A stretch of DNA of 64,000 nucleotides from Haliotis rubra (taxonomy: Eukaryota): positions 1-64,000 of the forward strand of contig NW_025765018.1 in the NCBI RefSeq assembly GCF_003918875.1, read 5' to 3'. The notes beneath the pieces were generated by a model. The model was not told the origin of the DNA and searched no databases. It worked only from the letters and a program-made list of their open reading frames with translations. Positions 1-12,591 of this stretch are shown one piece after another (position 1 is the stretch's first letter; every line of letters begins with the position of its first letter). The translations under genes were made by a program, and so were the position numbers.

Positions 1-552
1 ATTATCTACTTTGGATGAAGGATACTACTCTCAAACCAGCTTTGCCATGGGGTAAAACTCTAATTATTTATTAGCAGCCGAAAACAGTTGAGCGCTGGAT
101 ATGATATGACAAATATAAAACACACGGCCATGCCACCGCTCTGTGTCAGTATACACGTACATGTGTTATCTTTTAAGCTATTATGTTTGTTTTATAAGCA
201 GTTTTAGATCGGTATAATGAAACTTCAAAACCACAGCAGTTGTATTGTTTTGTATTGTTTGTGTTCGCTGTGCAACGTCACACAATATCCCAGCCATATG
301 GCGTCGGTTTGGAAATCATCGAGTCCGGACCCGACAAATTCCAGTGATCAACAGCATGAATGGTGCTTTCTGTCACAATGTACTGCAACGTGTTTCAGGG
401 AAAGAGGATGGACTATTCAGCCTCAAACAACGAATCAGAGGTGGCATCGTCAACTTCAACCGTCTCACATGACAAGCAAACCTCACTGACGCTATGAAGT
501 TTTAAAAGCAAACTCAGGTCACAGTTCCAATTGGGTACAGAAGTGAACATTA

Positions 553-3500
553 ATTCTCACAGCTCCATACTGACACAGACGTCAACACACATGTCACAGT
601 TCCACACTGACACAGACGTCAACACACATGTCACAGGTCCACACTGACACAGATGTCAACACGCACGTAACAGCTCCATACTGACACAGATGTCAACACG
701 CACGTAATAGCTCCATACTGACACAGACGTCAACACACACGTCACAGTTTCACACCGACAGGGACGTCAACACACGTCACCGGTCCACACACCGACACAG
801 ACGTTAACACACACGTCACTGTTCCACACTGACACAAACGTCAGCACACATATATCACATGTCCACACTCGACATAGTTATCGTCAACAATAATATGTCA
901 TAGTTCCACTCTTCTGGATTATAGACGTCAAACATACGTCGTCAAGCAGCTCCATTGACTGATACAGACGTCAACACACACGTCAGAGTTCCAATACACA
1001 CACCGACACAGATGTCAACACAAACGAACCAGTTGCAACGCCTCACCAAACGTCAACACACACAGAGACAGATGTCAACACACGTCACAGTTTCCATTAA
1101 TTGACATTGACGTCAACACACACGTCACAGCTTCACACGCTGACACAGACGTCAACACACATGTCACAGCTCCACACATTGACACAGACGTCAACACACG
1201 TAACAGCTCCACTCCAACACAGACGTCAACACACATGTCACAGCTCCACACCAACACAGACGTCAACACACATTTCACAGATCCAAACACTCACACATAC
1301 GTCAAAACACACGTCATATGTCCACACTGACACAGACGTCAACACACATGTCACAGCCTTACACACCTGCCATAGACCTAAACAACACACGTCACAGCTC
1401 CACACCGATCTTCAACAACAATATAATACGTCAGAGCTCGACATCGACACAGACGTCAACACACACGTCACTGCTGCACACCGATTGGCCAGGTGTCACC
1501 GTTTCACACTGACATAGACATGAACACACGTCACTGTCTAACACTGACAGACGGTAACACACGTCTCAGTTTCACACTTTACATTGTATCGTTAAGTACT
1601 ACTCGTCACAGCTCCACACTGACAAAGACGTCACAGCTTCCATTACACCGACACAGACGTCAACACATACGTCATTAGCCCCACACTGACAAAGACGTCA
1701 CAGCTCCACACCGACACAGACGTCAACACACACGTCACAGCTCCACATTGACACAGACGTCAACACACGTGTCACAGTTCAACACTGACAAAGACGTCAA
1801 CACACATGTCACAGTTCAACACTGACAAAGACGTCAACATACACGTCACAGTTCCACACAGAGACAGACGTCAATACACACGTCACAGCTCCGCACTGAC
1901 ATACGTGTAAAAACACACGTCAACACAGACGTCAACACACACGTCACAGCTCCACACCGACACAGACGGCAACATACACGTCACTGTTGCACACCGACAC
2001 AGGCGGCAACACACGTCACAGCTCCACACTGACACAGATGTCAACACACACGTCACAGCTCCACACTGACACAGACGTCAACACACGACAGAGCTCCACA
2101 CTGACACAGACGTCACCACACACGTCACAGCTCCACACTGACACAGACGTCAACACACACGTCACAGCTCCACACCGACACAGATATGAACACACGTCAC
2201 TGTTCCACACCAACACAGACGGTAGCACACACGTAACAGCTCCACACTGACAAAGACGTCAACACACAAGTCACATTTCCACACTCCGACAAAGACGGCA
2301 ACACACACGATACTATTCGACACACCGACACAGACGTCAACACACATCGTTACAGTTCCAAACACCGGACACAGATGTCACAGTTTTACACTTACACAGA
2401 TGTCAATTATACGTCATTGGTCCACACCGGACACAGCTGTCAACATTACTGGTCATCGTCAAAGCGTTCTACACCGACACAGCCGTCAACAACACGCCGT
2501 CAGTGTTCCACCCCGAGACAGACGGTTGCCAGCACATCGTCACACTTCAACACACACGTCACTGTTCAACACACCGACACAGACGTCAACACGAACGTCA
2601 CAGTTTCGCACACCGACACAGACGTGAACTCAAACGTAACAGTTCAACACTGACTCAGACGTCAACACACACTTCACAGTTCCACACAGAGACAGACGTC
2701 AACACACACACGTCACAGCTCCACACTGACACAGACGTTAACACACACGTCACAGCTCCACACTGACACAGATGTCAACACACACGTCACAGCTCCACAC
2801 TGACAAAGACGTCAAACACACACGTCACAGTTCCACACACTGACACAGACGTCAACACACACGTCACAGCTCCACACACTCACATAGACGTCAACACACA
2901 CGTCACAGTTCCACACACTGACATAGACGTCAACACACACGTCACAGTTCCACACACTTGACACAGACGTCAACACAGAACACAGTTCCACACGTCACAG
3001 GCGTCAACACACACGTCACAGTTCCACACTCACACAGACGCCAACACACGTCACAGCTCCAGCACCGACACAGACGTCAACACACACGTCACAGCTCCAC
3101 ACTGACACAGACGTCAACACACACGTCACAGCTCCACACACTGACACAGACGTCAACACTCATCACGTCACAGCTCAACACACTGACACAGACGTCACAC
3201 ACACGTCACAGTTCCAACACACCGACACACGTCACACATCACACACACGTCACACGTCACAGTTCCACACTCCGACACAGACGTCAACACACACGTCACA
3301 GTTCCACACAGAGACAGTAGTCAACACACACGTCACAGCTCCACACTAAAACAGACGTCAACACACACGTCACAGCTCAGCACTGATATAGACGCCAAAA
3401 CAAACGTCCCAGCTCTACACACTGACACAGACGTCAACACAAACGTCACAGCTCCACACAACGAAACAGACGTCAACACACACGCCAGAGTTCCACACAC

Positions 3501-4297
3501 TGACACTGACATTAATACACGTCACACCTCCACACTGACACAGACGTCAACACACACGTCACAGCTCCACACTGACACAGACGTCAACACACACGTCACA
3601 GCTCCACACTGACACAGACGTGAACACACATGTCACAGCTCCACACCGACACAGACGTGAACACACACGTCACAGCTCCACACCGACACACACGGCAACA
3701 CACACGTCACTGTTGCACACTGACACAGGCGGCAACACACATCACAGTTCCACACTGATACAGGTGTCACCGTTCTACACTGACACAGACGGCAACACAC
3801 GTCACAGTGTCACACTTACACAGATGTCAACACACACGTCAGTGTTCCACACCGACACAGCCTTCAACACACACGTCAGTGTTCAACACCCGAGACAGAC
3901 GGCAACACATACGTGACACTTCCACACTGACACAGACGTCAGCACACACGCCACAGTTCCAAGCTGACACAGACGTCACAGTTCCAAGCTGACACAGACG
4001 TCAACACACACGTCACAGTTCTTCACCGACACAGACATGAACACACGTAACAGCTCCACACTGACACAGACGTCAACACACGTCACATTTCCACACTACG
4101 ACACAGACGTCAACACACGTCACAGTTTTACACTTACACAGATGTCAACACACACGTCAGTGTTTTACACCGACACAGCCATCAACCCACACGTCACACT
4201 TTCACACTCACACAGACGCCAACACACGTCACAGTTCCACACTGACACAGACGTCAGCACACACGCCACAGTTCCACACACCGACACAGACGTCAGT
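553..4297. repeat. CA-rich minisatellite, ~37-39 bp unit (cactgacacagacgtcaacacacacgtcacagctcca)
   Basis: Tandem units with a 37-bp period (e.g. 571 to 608), about 3.7 kb long. Locally noisy sequence. Confidence 0.97.
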
Positions 4298-6243
4298 ATA
4301 GTAGTAGCCATGGGGTGAATGTTGGTGGGTGGGTGTAGAACATACAACATAACGCTACTTGTGGTCACAGATGACAGCCATTTTATTCATCCAATAAAAA
4401 AGGAATGTTTGATAATTCTGAAAATATACATAAATATAATTAACTATTTGAGCATAAAGGCATAACATGCCTTACATATACACGTATTACACGTTCTACG
4501 TATTCTTAGATTACAGCCAGCCCTAACAATGCATTAGCATAAATAAATCTTTAAATATAAATAATAAGATGAAAACTATTCCTTCATATGTATGTATATC
4601 ATTTATGATATACATGAAGAATATATAGAGAGTTCATTACATACAAGATCATATGTAGTATACTAACCACAGAGTGTAAACAAGGTCTCATAGCAGTCAC
4701 GGATCATCAATCATCACGGGTCATTCTAAGAAAAGTTAATATACAAAATTGATAATACTAACAATGGTATATAAAACAAGTTATGATAAAAAGAATAACT
4801 ACCACATCCACCCTCACTATTTCTTACTATATTCACACATCACGGTTTTTCACAGAAATTGATACTTCACAACCGTACACGGACACTGGCTGTTACACAT
4901 ACAGAAATATATATATATAAAATATCAAACAAAACAAGAACGAATAATAGCATCAAAGAACTGTATTCGACGTGAAACACGTCAGCCATCATAACTGCAA
5001 TATACATCTAGTGATACAGTCGAAGTTGTGATTGAAACGCTAACCAAGAATTGGTGATAATGTCCTGCTTGTACATTGTCAGATCCAAAGGAATACACAT
5101 AAGCATCTCATATTACAGCATATCACATCATTCATGAGATCAGTTGCTGAAAACCAAAACCAATTGCATGTGACAGTGGTCTTCACTGTGAATCAGTGTT
5201 GAAAGTGTGTAATTAAGCTCCTGCTCACATTCAGTAAAGGGCAATGGAATTCATTTTTAGACTTGTTCTGTTTTTAGACAGGGTTCTGATAGGTACTACA
5301 ATCGCATGGGCCTTTCCAGTGTAATCTGACCCAGAGGGTTCGAGAAAGGTTTGGGAGCCTAAGGGGAGCTAACCTTTGTCACAAGCAGGTTACATTATAA
5401 TTGCAAAATTTAACGTTAGCACCGTTTAAAACACAGACAAAGACTTGGGTCATTTTCGATGTGCCTATGTAACCATGCAATTTTAACCAGCTACCTCCCA
5501 TAGAAAAGACATTTTGATGGCCGTATCATACTGAAGCACAATATCTACAACTGCAGGCTGTCTGTTTCGTTCCATGTATTATCTACATATAACCAGCTTT
5601 CACATTGTAAAGAGAATATATATTGCAGAACTAAAAGGAATGTACACAGGTTTGTATGGGCTCCATTTGTTTGGCCATACTGCGCATGCCTATATCTATT
5701 TGTCTCTAAAAACCCTTTACATGTAATAACTCTAGAGGACCAAGGAACTTAATTTATTCATGAGCGTTCCGAAAAACCCATGCAGACGCTGAAGAAAGCT
5801 TTAGTTAAATCTACAAGCTTAATCTGAAACAGTTCAAGATTAGTGAAAAGCACATTGATAGACTGTCTCACTGTCCCTTGACCAAGTTATTCTGTCTTCC
5901 GTCCTGACCTTTCTCCAATGCTAAAGCCGTATATGAAGCAAAGGTAACATTTCCACACGGTCACGGTACTGTCGGCTCACTGGGGCTTGTTTTCAATATG
6001 GAGTTATTTGGTTCGTAATCTAACCCAGTCTTCTGGGTGATGACCTAAAACTTTAACCACAAGGCTACCCCACCGCCCAGTGCTACTATATAATTACAGC
6101 CCAAACCCTGCTGTTCCTTCTTCCCCCTTTACGTCTGGGTTCCATTGTCTACTTTACAATAATCCAGAATGGCCACAATTGTTCTCGACATTCCCTTGCT
6201 TTTCTCCAATTCTGTGCCGATTGGTGTACCATCTCCAGAGTAG

Positions 6244-9200
6244 TCACGGACTGATATCTGATAGTTCTGTAGCATACTGCTCAGCTGTTCTCCCCTGTAT
6301 GTCTCGAACAGTTTTGTCGACGCCTTGTCTGAGTAGCAGCTTCACTCGTTCACACCTGTTGTAGCTGCGGTCAGCAGCAGCCCGGAAAAAGGCCCTGTCC
6401 TGGTCATTTTGCTTATTTACAGTGACCCCAAGTTCTGAAAGAATCTCTAAAGTTTCATTTCGTGAAGCCTGTGCAGCGTAGTGTAAAGCTGTCCTTCCTT
6501 CGTGATCTTGTATTTTTGGGTTGACCTTCTTGAGAAGCATCTCCAGCATTTTCATCCTTCTATACTCACACAGTAGGATTCCATATTCTTGTTCGAATTC
6601 ACTTCGGTAAATAGTTGTCCTACGAGCACCTGTTTTAGTGAGAAGAGGTATAGTGTCACTAGGTCTGGGATGAAGAGGTTTTGGATGAAGAGGTATATTG
6701 GCAAACAAATTCTGTACTTCTGTGTAAGCACCGTGTTGAACCGGCTTTATGTTTTTGACTGGCGATTGTTCTAAAGCATAGTGAAGAGCTGTCCTTCCCT
6801 TCTTGTCAAGAACATTTGGGTCCACACTCTTCTCCAACAGCATCTCCAAAATATCACAGGTGTTGTCTCTGGCCTTTGCTGCACAGTGGAGAGGTGTCAT
6901 GCCCTGTAAGTCATGTACACCTGGATCAGCTTCGTGATCTAGAAGAAGCTTGACACTCTCTTTGTTCGAATGTTCTGACGCATAGTGAAGAGCTGTCCTT
7001 CCCTTCTTGTCAAGAACATTTGGGTCCACACTCTTCTCCAGCAGTATCTCCAAAATATGGTAACTGTAACGATTCTTAGCAGCACAGTGGAGACATGTCA
7101 TGCCCTGTAAGTCCTGTAAACATGGATCTGCTTCGTGATCTAGAAGAAGCATGACACTTTCTTTGTTCGAATGTTCTGACGCATAGTGAAGAGCTGTCCT
7201 TCCATGCTTGTCAAGAAGATTTGGGTATATGCCTCTCTCTAGCAGTATCGGCAAAATATCAGATCGGTAAGGACGCAAGTGTACAGCACAGTGAAGAGCT
7301 GACATGCCCTGCAGGTCCTGTACACCTGGATCAGCACAGCGATCAAGCAGAAACTTCACTGAGTCTTCAGAGTCACCTGAGACATAATGAAGTGCTGTCC
7401 TTCCTTTCTTGTCAAGAATATTTGGATCCACTCCTCTCTCGATCAGTGTCTGTAAGGCTCCATAACTATTCGCAGCAGCACAGTGGAGATATGTCATGCC
7501 TTGCAGATCCTGTACAGAAGGATCAGCACCACGATCTAGAAGAAGTTTGACGCTCTCTTTCTTTGGATATTCTGATGCATAGTGAAGTGCTGTCTTTCCA
7601 CGCCTATCTTGAACATTTAATTTTAACGATTTCTCAAGTAGCAGTGGAAGTGTATCCTTAAATACTGAGCCTTTTTTGGTAGAAGCACAATGGAGGGACG
7701 TCATGCCCCATAGATCTTGAACATCTGGATCAGCACCGTGATCAAGCAGAAGCATGACACTGGAGTTTTCCGAATGATCTGAAGCATAGTGAAGAGCTGT
7801 CCTACCTAGCTTATCCGGTATATTTGGGTCAACACCCTTCTCTAAAAATAACTTGAGGAATCCACAAGGACCCAGACAAGATAGCTCCGCATAATCATTG
7901 TTTGCTTCTAACATCTGTAAAGTGAAGCCTCTCTTCGTCACAACTAAATGAAGTGCTGTCATTCCCTGATTGTCTTGTATATTTGCATCAATTCCACTGT
8001 CTAGCAAGGCACTTACAGTCCTGTATCTTTCATGTACAGCAGCCATATGAAAGGGAGTCCATCCCATTCCATCCCTTACATTTGGGTCAACGCCTTTTTC
8101 CAGAAGAAGTTTCACAGTCTTAGGTTTACCACACCCTGCAGCATAGTGAAGAGGGTTTCTACCCATTATATCTTGAAGGTGTGGATTCACACCTTGCTCG
8201 AGAAGCATTTTGGTCAGCGTGTAGTTTGCTCTTGCACAATACAACATGCAAGGACTTTGAAGATACCAATACTGAGAAAATGAATATGAAAAAAGAGTTG
8301 GTGTATCAAGAAAACGTTCCCAAAGTTCAGATTTCCTCTGTTCAGTGGCATAGTGGAGATATGTTTTTCCGAAATCATCTCTTCTATTTGGATCGAATTC
8401 TCTGTCTGTATTTCCATGCTTGAGAATTAGCTCCGCTGCATCATAAATCATATCCTCAATGGCAAGACGAAGGGCTGTTGTACCACGGGAATCCATTGCA
8501 TTTAGATCAACACCCCTCTTTACCAATACATCAACCATTTTTATGATTTTGTTGTGTCTGAAAGGTGTTTTAAGTAAACACAGCAAAATGTTGCCTTTAC
8601 TGGCACCTTTGTGATTTACACTCAACCCTCTCTTCAGTAGGAATTCCAATATTTCAACTCCATAAGTATCGGCATGAGTGTCGATTGCTGAAAATATCGC
8701 TGTTCTGCCATCCTTGTCTTCTGCATCAGGAAGATGCTTTTGACATCAATGAGAAATGTGAGTTTCTCTAAAGCATCAACACGAGAGCATGCTGCCATGT
8801 GAACAATTGGTCTCTTGTCAGCGTCTACTGCTTCAATCTGTGCTCCTGAGTTGCACAAGAGCTCCAGTACTTCTATGTCAGCATACTCACAGGCTAGGTG
8901 AACAACACTTCTAGTTTGTGAACCGCATTGTGAAAGAATATTCACATCAGCTTCTTTGCTGCAAAGGAATTTTACGGTCTCCAAATCATTACATAGGACA
9001 GCCTTGTGAAGAATTGTTCTACCCTTTCCATCCATTTGATTTAAGATACTTTCTGCCACAACTAAAGCTTTCACTATTTCACGATTCACGTTTTCAATGA
9101 CTGACAAAGGTACGAGTCCTTCACGGTTTTCCAGGTTAACAGGTGCCTTATGCTGCAGAAGTATTTTCACACATTCAAGGTGACTGTTCTGAACAGCCAA

Positions 9201-11437
9201 ATGTAATGGGGTATTGCCATCATTGTCTTTCAAATCTACCTGAAAACCTTTCCCTAATAAGAAATCTGCACATTTATCGTTTCCATGTTGTGCTGCCCTG
9301 TGTAGCAAGAAGGTGTTTGCGGCAGCAACCCTAAAACGCTGGCTTATATCTTGGGAATATTTCATCAATATATCCAAGGACTCAGTGCTACCATAAGCTG
9401 CTGCCTGTTCTTGAGGTGTTGCGTATTTGGTGGAGTACTTGTTGGCATCGACGTAATTCCTCGTCTGCAAAATGTCTGTCTCAAGATTCAGTAAAAGATT
9501 CAGAACTGTGGCATCTGAGTGAGCTGAGGCTGACAAAAGGAGATGTTGACAATGAAGTTTACATCCAGTTGCAAGTAGTATTTGAATCATTTCTTTTAAA
9601 CATTCCCTGCTGCTAAACACAGTGAGTTTGGGATGATGTGTTTGCATCTTATCACAGAGCCATGATAATATCTCTGAGATTACATTGAGGTTGTCGTCCT
9701 TGTGTTTTAACATGTGCACTGTCAACTGGACTATGTGTGTGTTTCCCATGTGTACTGCATACAGTAAGATTTCTGCCATGTTTTGACCAATTGCACATCC
9801 TTTTCCTAATTCTGGACTGTAGCGTAGTCTTTTTTCCCTCACGTAAGCAGTAATAAAACCGTTAAAGATTCTATCAACGAGGTCGTTCTTAAGACTCTGG
9901 CTAGAATTCATGAATAGAGCTATAAAACAATTCTCGTTTGACTCAGCACCATGATCAAGAAGCCATTTGACAAAATTGTTACTTCCAACATAAATTGCAC
10001 AAGGCAAACATTCCTGTATTGTGTCTTTGAATTTTTCAGGCGATGGAATCGAATTTACAACAACTTGTACCAGATGATGATTACTTTCCATTACAAATTT
10101 ACTCAATAAATATTCATATTTGAAAAACCGAATCTTCTCATCTTCACGGATATATGAAGACAATTCATCAAAATATTTTCTCTGCATAATGCTTGTCAGT
10201 TTCCCCTTTTTCGCCCATCTTTGCACCAAGAATGATAGAAATTCCTTGTGCTTGAGTGAAGGATGTCCCACTATCATTCCACTGCTCTCAGGTTCAGCTG
10301 ACAAAAGCAACTCTGTGATGCGGTCAGCAAATACATCATAATTTTCCTCAGGTATCAAGACAATATTTATCTCTCCATCCAGTCTTTCGGTTCTTACCAC
10401 TTCTCCAAGGACATCAATTGGCAATGTTCTGATGCAAGAGCTGGGAAACTGCTCTGAGTAGCTGATCAAAACAGACTCATATATAGACTGATGCTGAAAA
10501 GCATATCCTTTCTGGCCTTGCTTTAAATAAACACCACAGAGTGAATCTGCTTTTGTTTTGATGTCAAATAAGCTTGGACGTGTTCGTAGATTTGAACAAT
10601 ATTCTGTCAACATCTCAACCATTTCTTTAAATTCAGATGTACATTTTCTTGGATCAAGAGGAGTTGCATTAAGATGCCCATCACTCATCAATACCAGCAA
10701 AAGAACCAGATAACTCAAACCATCACTTTCCTTGAGGGCATCAACTTCCTTTAGGACGCACTCATTGGGTTTCTTGAAAAAGCTTAACCCCTTCTTTTGC
10801 ACTTCCATGCTACTGGCAAAGAAAGTGCAAACCTGTGGGAACCCAAGGGCTGTTTTCATATTGACAATTTCTTCTACTTCTTTTTCAGAAAATTTGCCAT
10901 GACAAACAACTTTCAACATTTTTTCCTTTTCCTTATTCTGAAGAGTATACTCACCGTCATCAATGAGAAAATGACAGATCTTTGTCATGAGATTGTGTTT
11001 GTTTAGTCGGTACTGACACTGTGCGGTGATTTCAGATCTGGATGTTAAGATCAGAAAGATGTGGCCAGATTCAATAGATGGCCACATTATATCAAACTTC
11101 CTTGTCCAATCTGCAAAATGTGATTGTGAAAAGTTTGTCAGGCCAAAAATGTCATCAATCATCACAATGTAACGTTCACTTTTACTTCTGGACTTGTCAG
11201 TTTTGCCATTCTTCGGAATGAGTGACCATTCATCTGCTGAAGTCAACAGAAGAGGAGTCCTCCCTTCCATCTTAGACATCTTTTCTAGTAACCGCCGACC
11301 CAGCCGTGATTTCCCAGATCCTGACATCCCCTTTAGGAAGATACATCCACAATCTGTCAACAGTCTTAGGGCAGACCTCTCGGCATAGGTAGACACGTAT
11401 TCGGTTCTGTCATGCTTGAGTGAATGCTCCGTGGCAT
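6244..11437 (-). CDS. Giant terminal exon of NLR-like nSTAND3 NTPase + ankyrin-repeat protein, copy 1 (one apparent frameshift at ~8742)
   Basis: Acceptor ttatctttcAG at 11438-11440 is in frame with ORF 8634-11396. Walker A GMSGSGKS, Walker B IVMIDDIFG, sensor LILTSR, GxP (GFPQ) and winged-helix FQHQSIYE are typical of nSTAND3 STAND NTPases. More than 20 ankyrin repeats follow (TPLH/TALH). Copy 1 lacks one g at ~8742 relative to copy 2 (ttttgacatc vs ttttggacatc); restoring it joins ORFs 8634-11396 and 6244-8649 into ~1731 codons. Confidence 0.9.
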
Positions 11438-11619
11438 CTGAAAGATAATCATAATTGTAACATGCTTTAACATGTAGCTGAGAAAACTATTTCAGAAATT
11501 TGTTATCCAACATATATGTGAGATGAAATCATAGTTTTGTGATTTTGTTATGACCTGAGATCAAATTAGAACAGATTCGTGTCCTGATTGGGTCCCGTAA
11601 ACAGTCTCTAACTGCTGAC

Positions 11620-11897
11620 GACCCGTGAAGATCCGGGGTAGAATAGGTCTTCAGCAACCAATGTGCTTGCCATAAAAAGGCGACTATTTTGTCGTAAGAG
11701 GCGACTAACGGGATCGGGTGGTCAGTTTCACTGACTTGGTTGACACATGTCATCGGTTCCCAATTGCGCAGATCGATGTTTATGCTGTTGATCTCTGGAT
11801 TGTCTGGTCCAGATTCGATTATTTACAGACCGCCGCCATATAGCTGGAATATTGCTGAGTGTGGCGTAAAACTAAACTCACTCACTCACTCACTCAT
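11620..11897 (+). mobile_element. Short non-tRNA retroposon (family B), full length, copy-1-specific intronic insertion
   Basis: 13-bp TSD tctaactgctgac (11607-11619, 11898-11910). Empty site at ~58726 in copy 2. Tail gctggaatattgctgagtgtggcgtaaaactaaa(ctca)n. Confidence 0.92.
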
Positions 11898-11938
11898 TCT
11901 AACTGCTGACAGAATTTACAGGTATGAGTTATACTTAC

Positions 11939-11962
11939 CGCGGATATTTTTAAAACGATCAT
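11939..11962 (-). CDS. 24-nt phase 1-1 micro-exon (DDRFKNIR) of STAND-ankyrin gene copy 1
   Basis: tttttattccAG|ATGATCGTTTTAAAAATATCCGCG|GTAAGTAT. Splices in frame to the giant exon (R-D-A-T-E-H). Conserved in copy 2 with one synonymous change. Confidence 0.8.
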
Positions 11963-12591
11963 CTGGAATAAAAAAACATAAGTTAGAATATGGGTGGCAT
12001 GTAAATACTTGGACTCACTTCTTACAGTTAATGTATTTCTAAATAAAAAAGGAATGAACATTTATATAGTACATTCTTCCAAAAGAAGAAACGCACAGGC
12101 GTTTTCAGCAGTTAATTTCAATATACTTTGACAGCAATCGTCATTAAGACAATTCCTATGTTTGAATGGGAGGATCGGAGGATGGGAGACAACGTGTCTA
12201 TCGACGTCGACACGAACGTTTTGCGCCGAGCTGCGTGGATAGATTTGATAGAGAAAGCGTCACATGTGCAGTCAGTAAACTGAATTAATGCTGACAATGA
12301 CAACAATACATGTGTTCATTCGTGTGTCGAATTTCCTTCATATATGCTCAAGCCTAACCGACTCATATACACTTAAAACGTTAAATAAACTGCTTTATTT
12401 TGGGCCTATGCGTTTATTTTTTTAGAGTTTCTTTTTCCTGTTAGAAGTTGGGGTTGTTTTTTTTTTTAATATGTCATTTCACCCTGCCGTTTCTAGAAAC
12501 GTATGCAAAATATTCAGAATATTACACCATAATCGACCTGTTTACCAACAAAATTAATGGTGTTTATGTCAAGAAAAGGTGTATACATCAC

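Noticed and set aside
1075-4368. Many T/H/V/C-rich ORFs (also 47981-48919)
   Set aside because: Translations of the CA-rich minisatellite; no coding signal.
6244-8649. Annotation as ankyrin-1/ANKRD28 (PP6 regulatory subunit) or as separate genes per ORF
   Set aside because: The similarity would be generic ankyrin repeats. The ORFs are frameshift-separated parts of one STAND-ankyrin exon, as the reciprocal copy shows.
12118-12290. Additional internal exon (ALIQFTDCTCDAFSIK...)
   Set aside because: It has a phase-compatible acceptor, but no clear donor, and the copies diverge by a ~180-bp indel and run into stops. Cannot be supported without transcripts.
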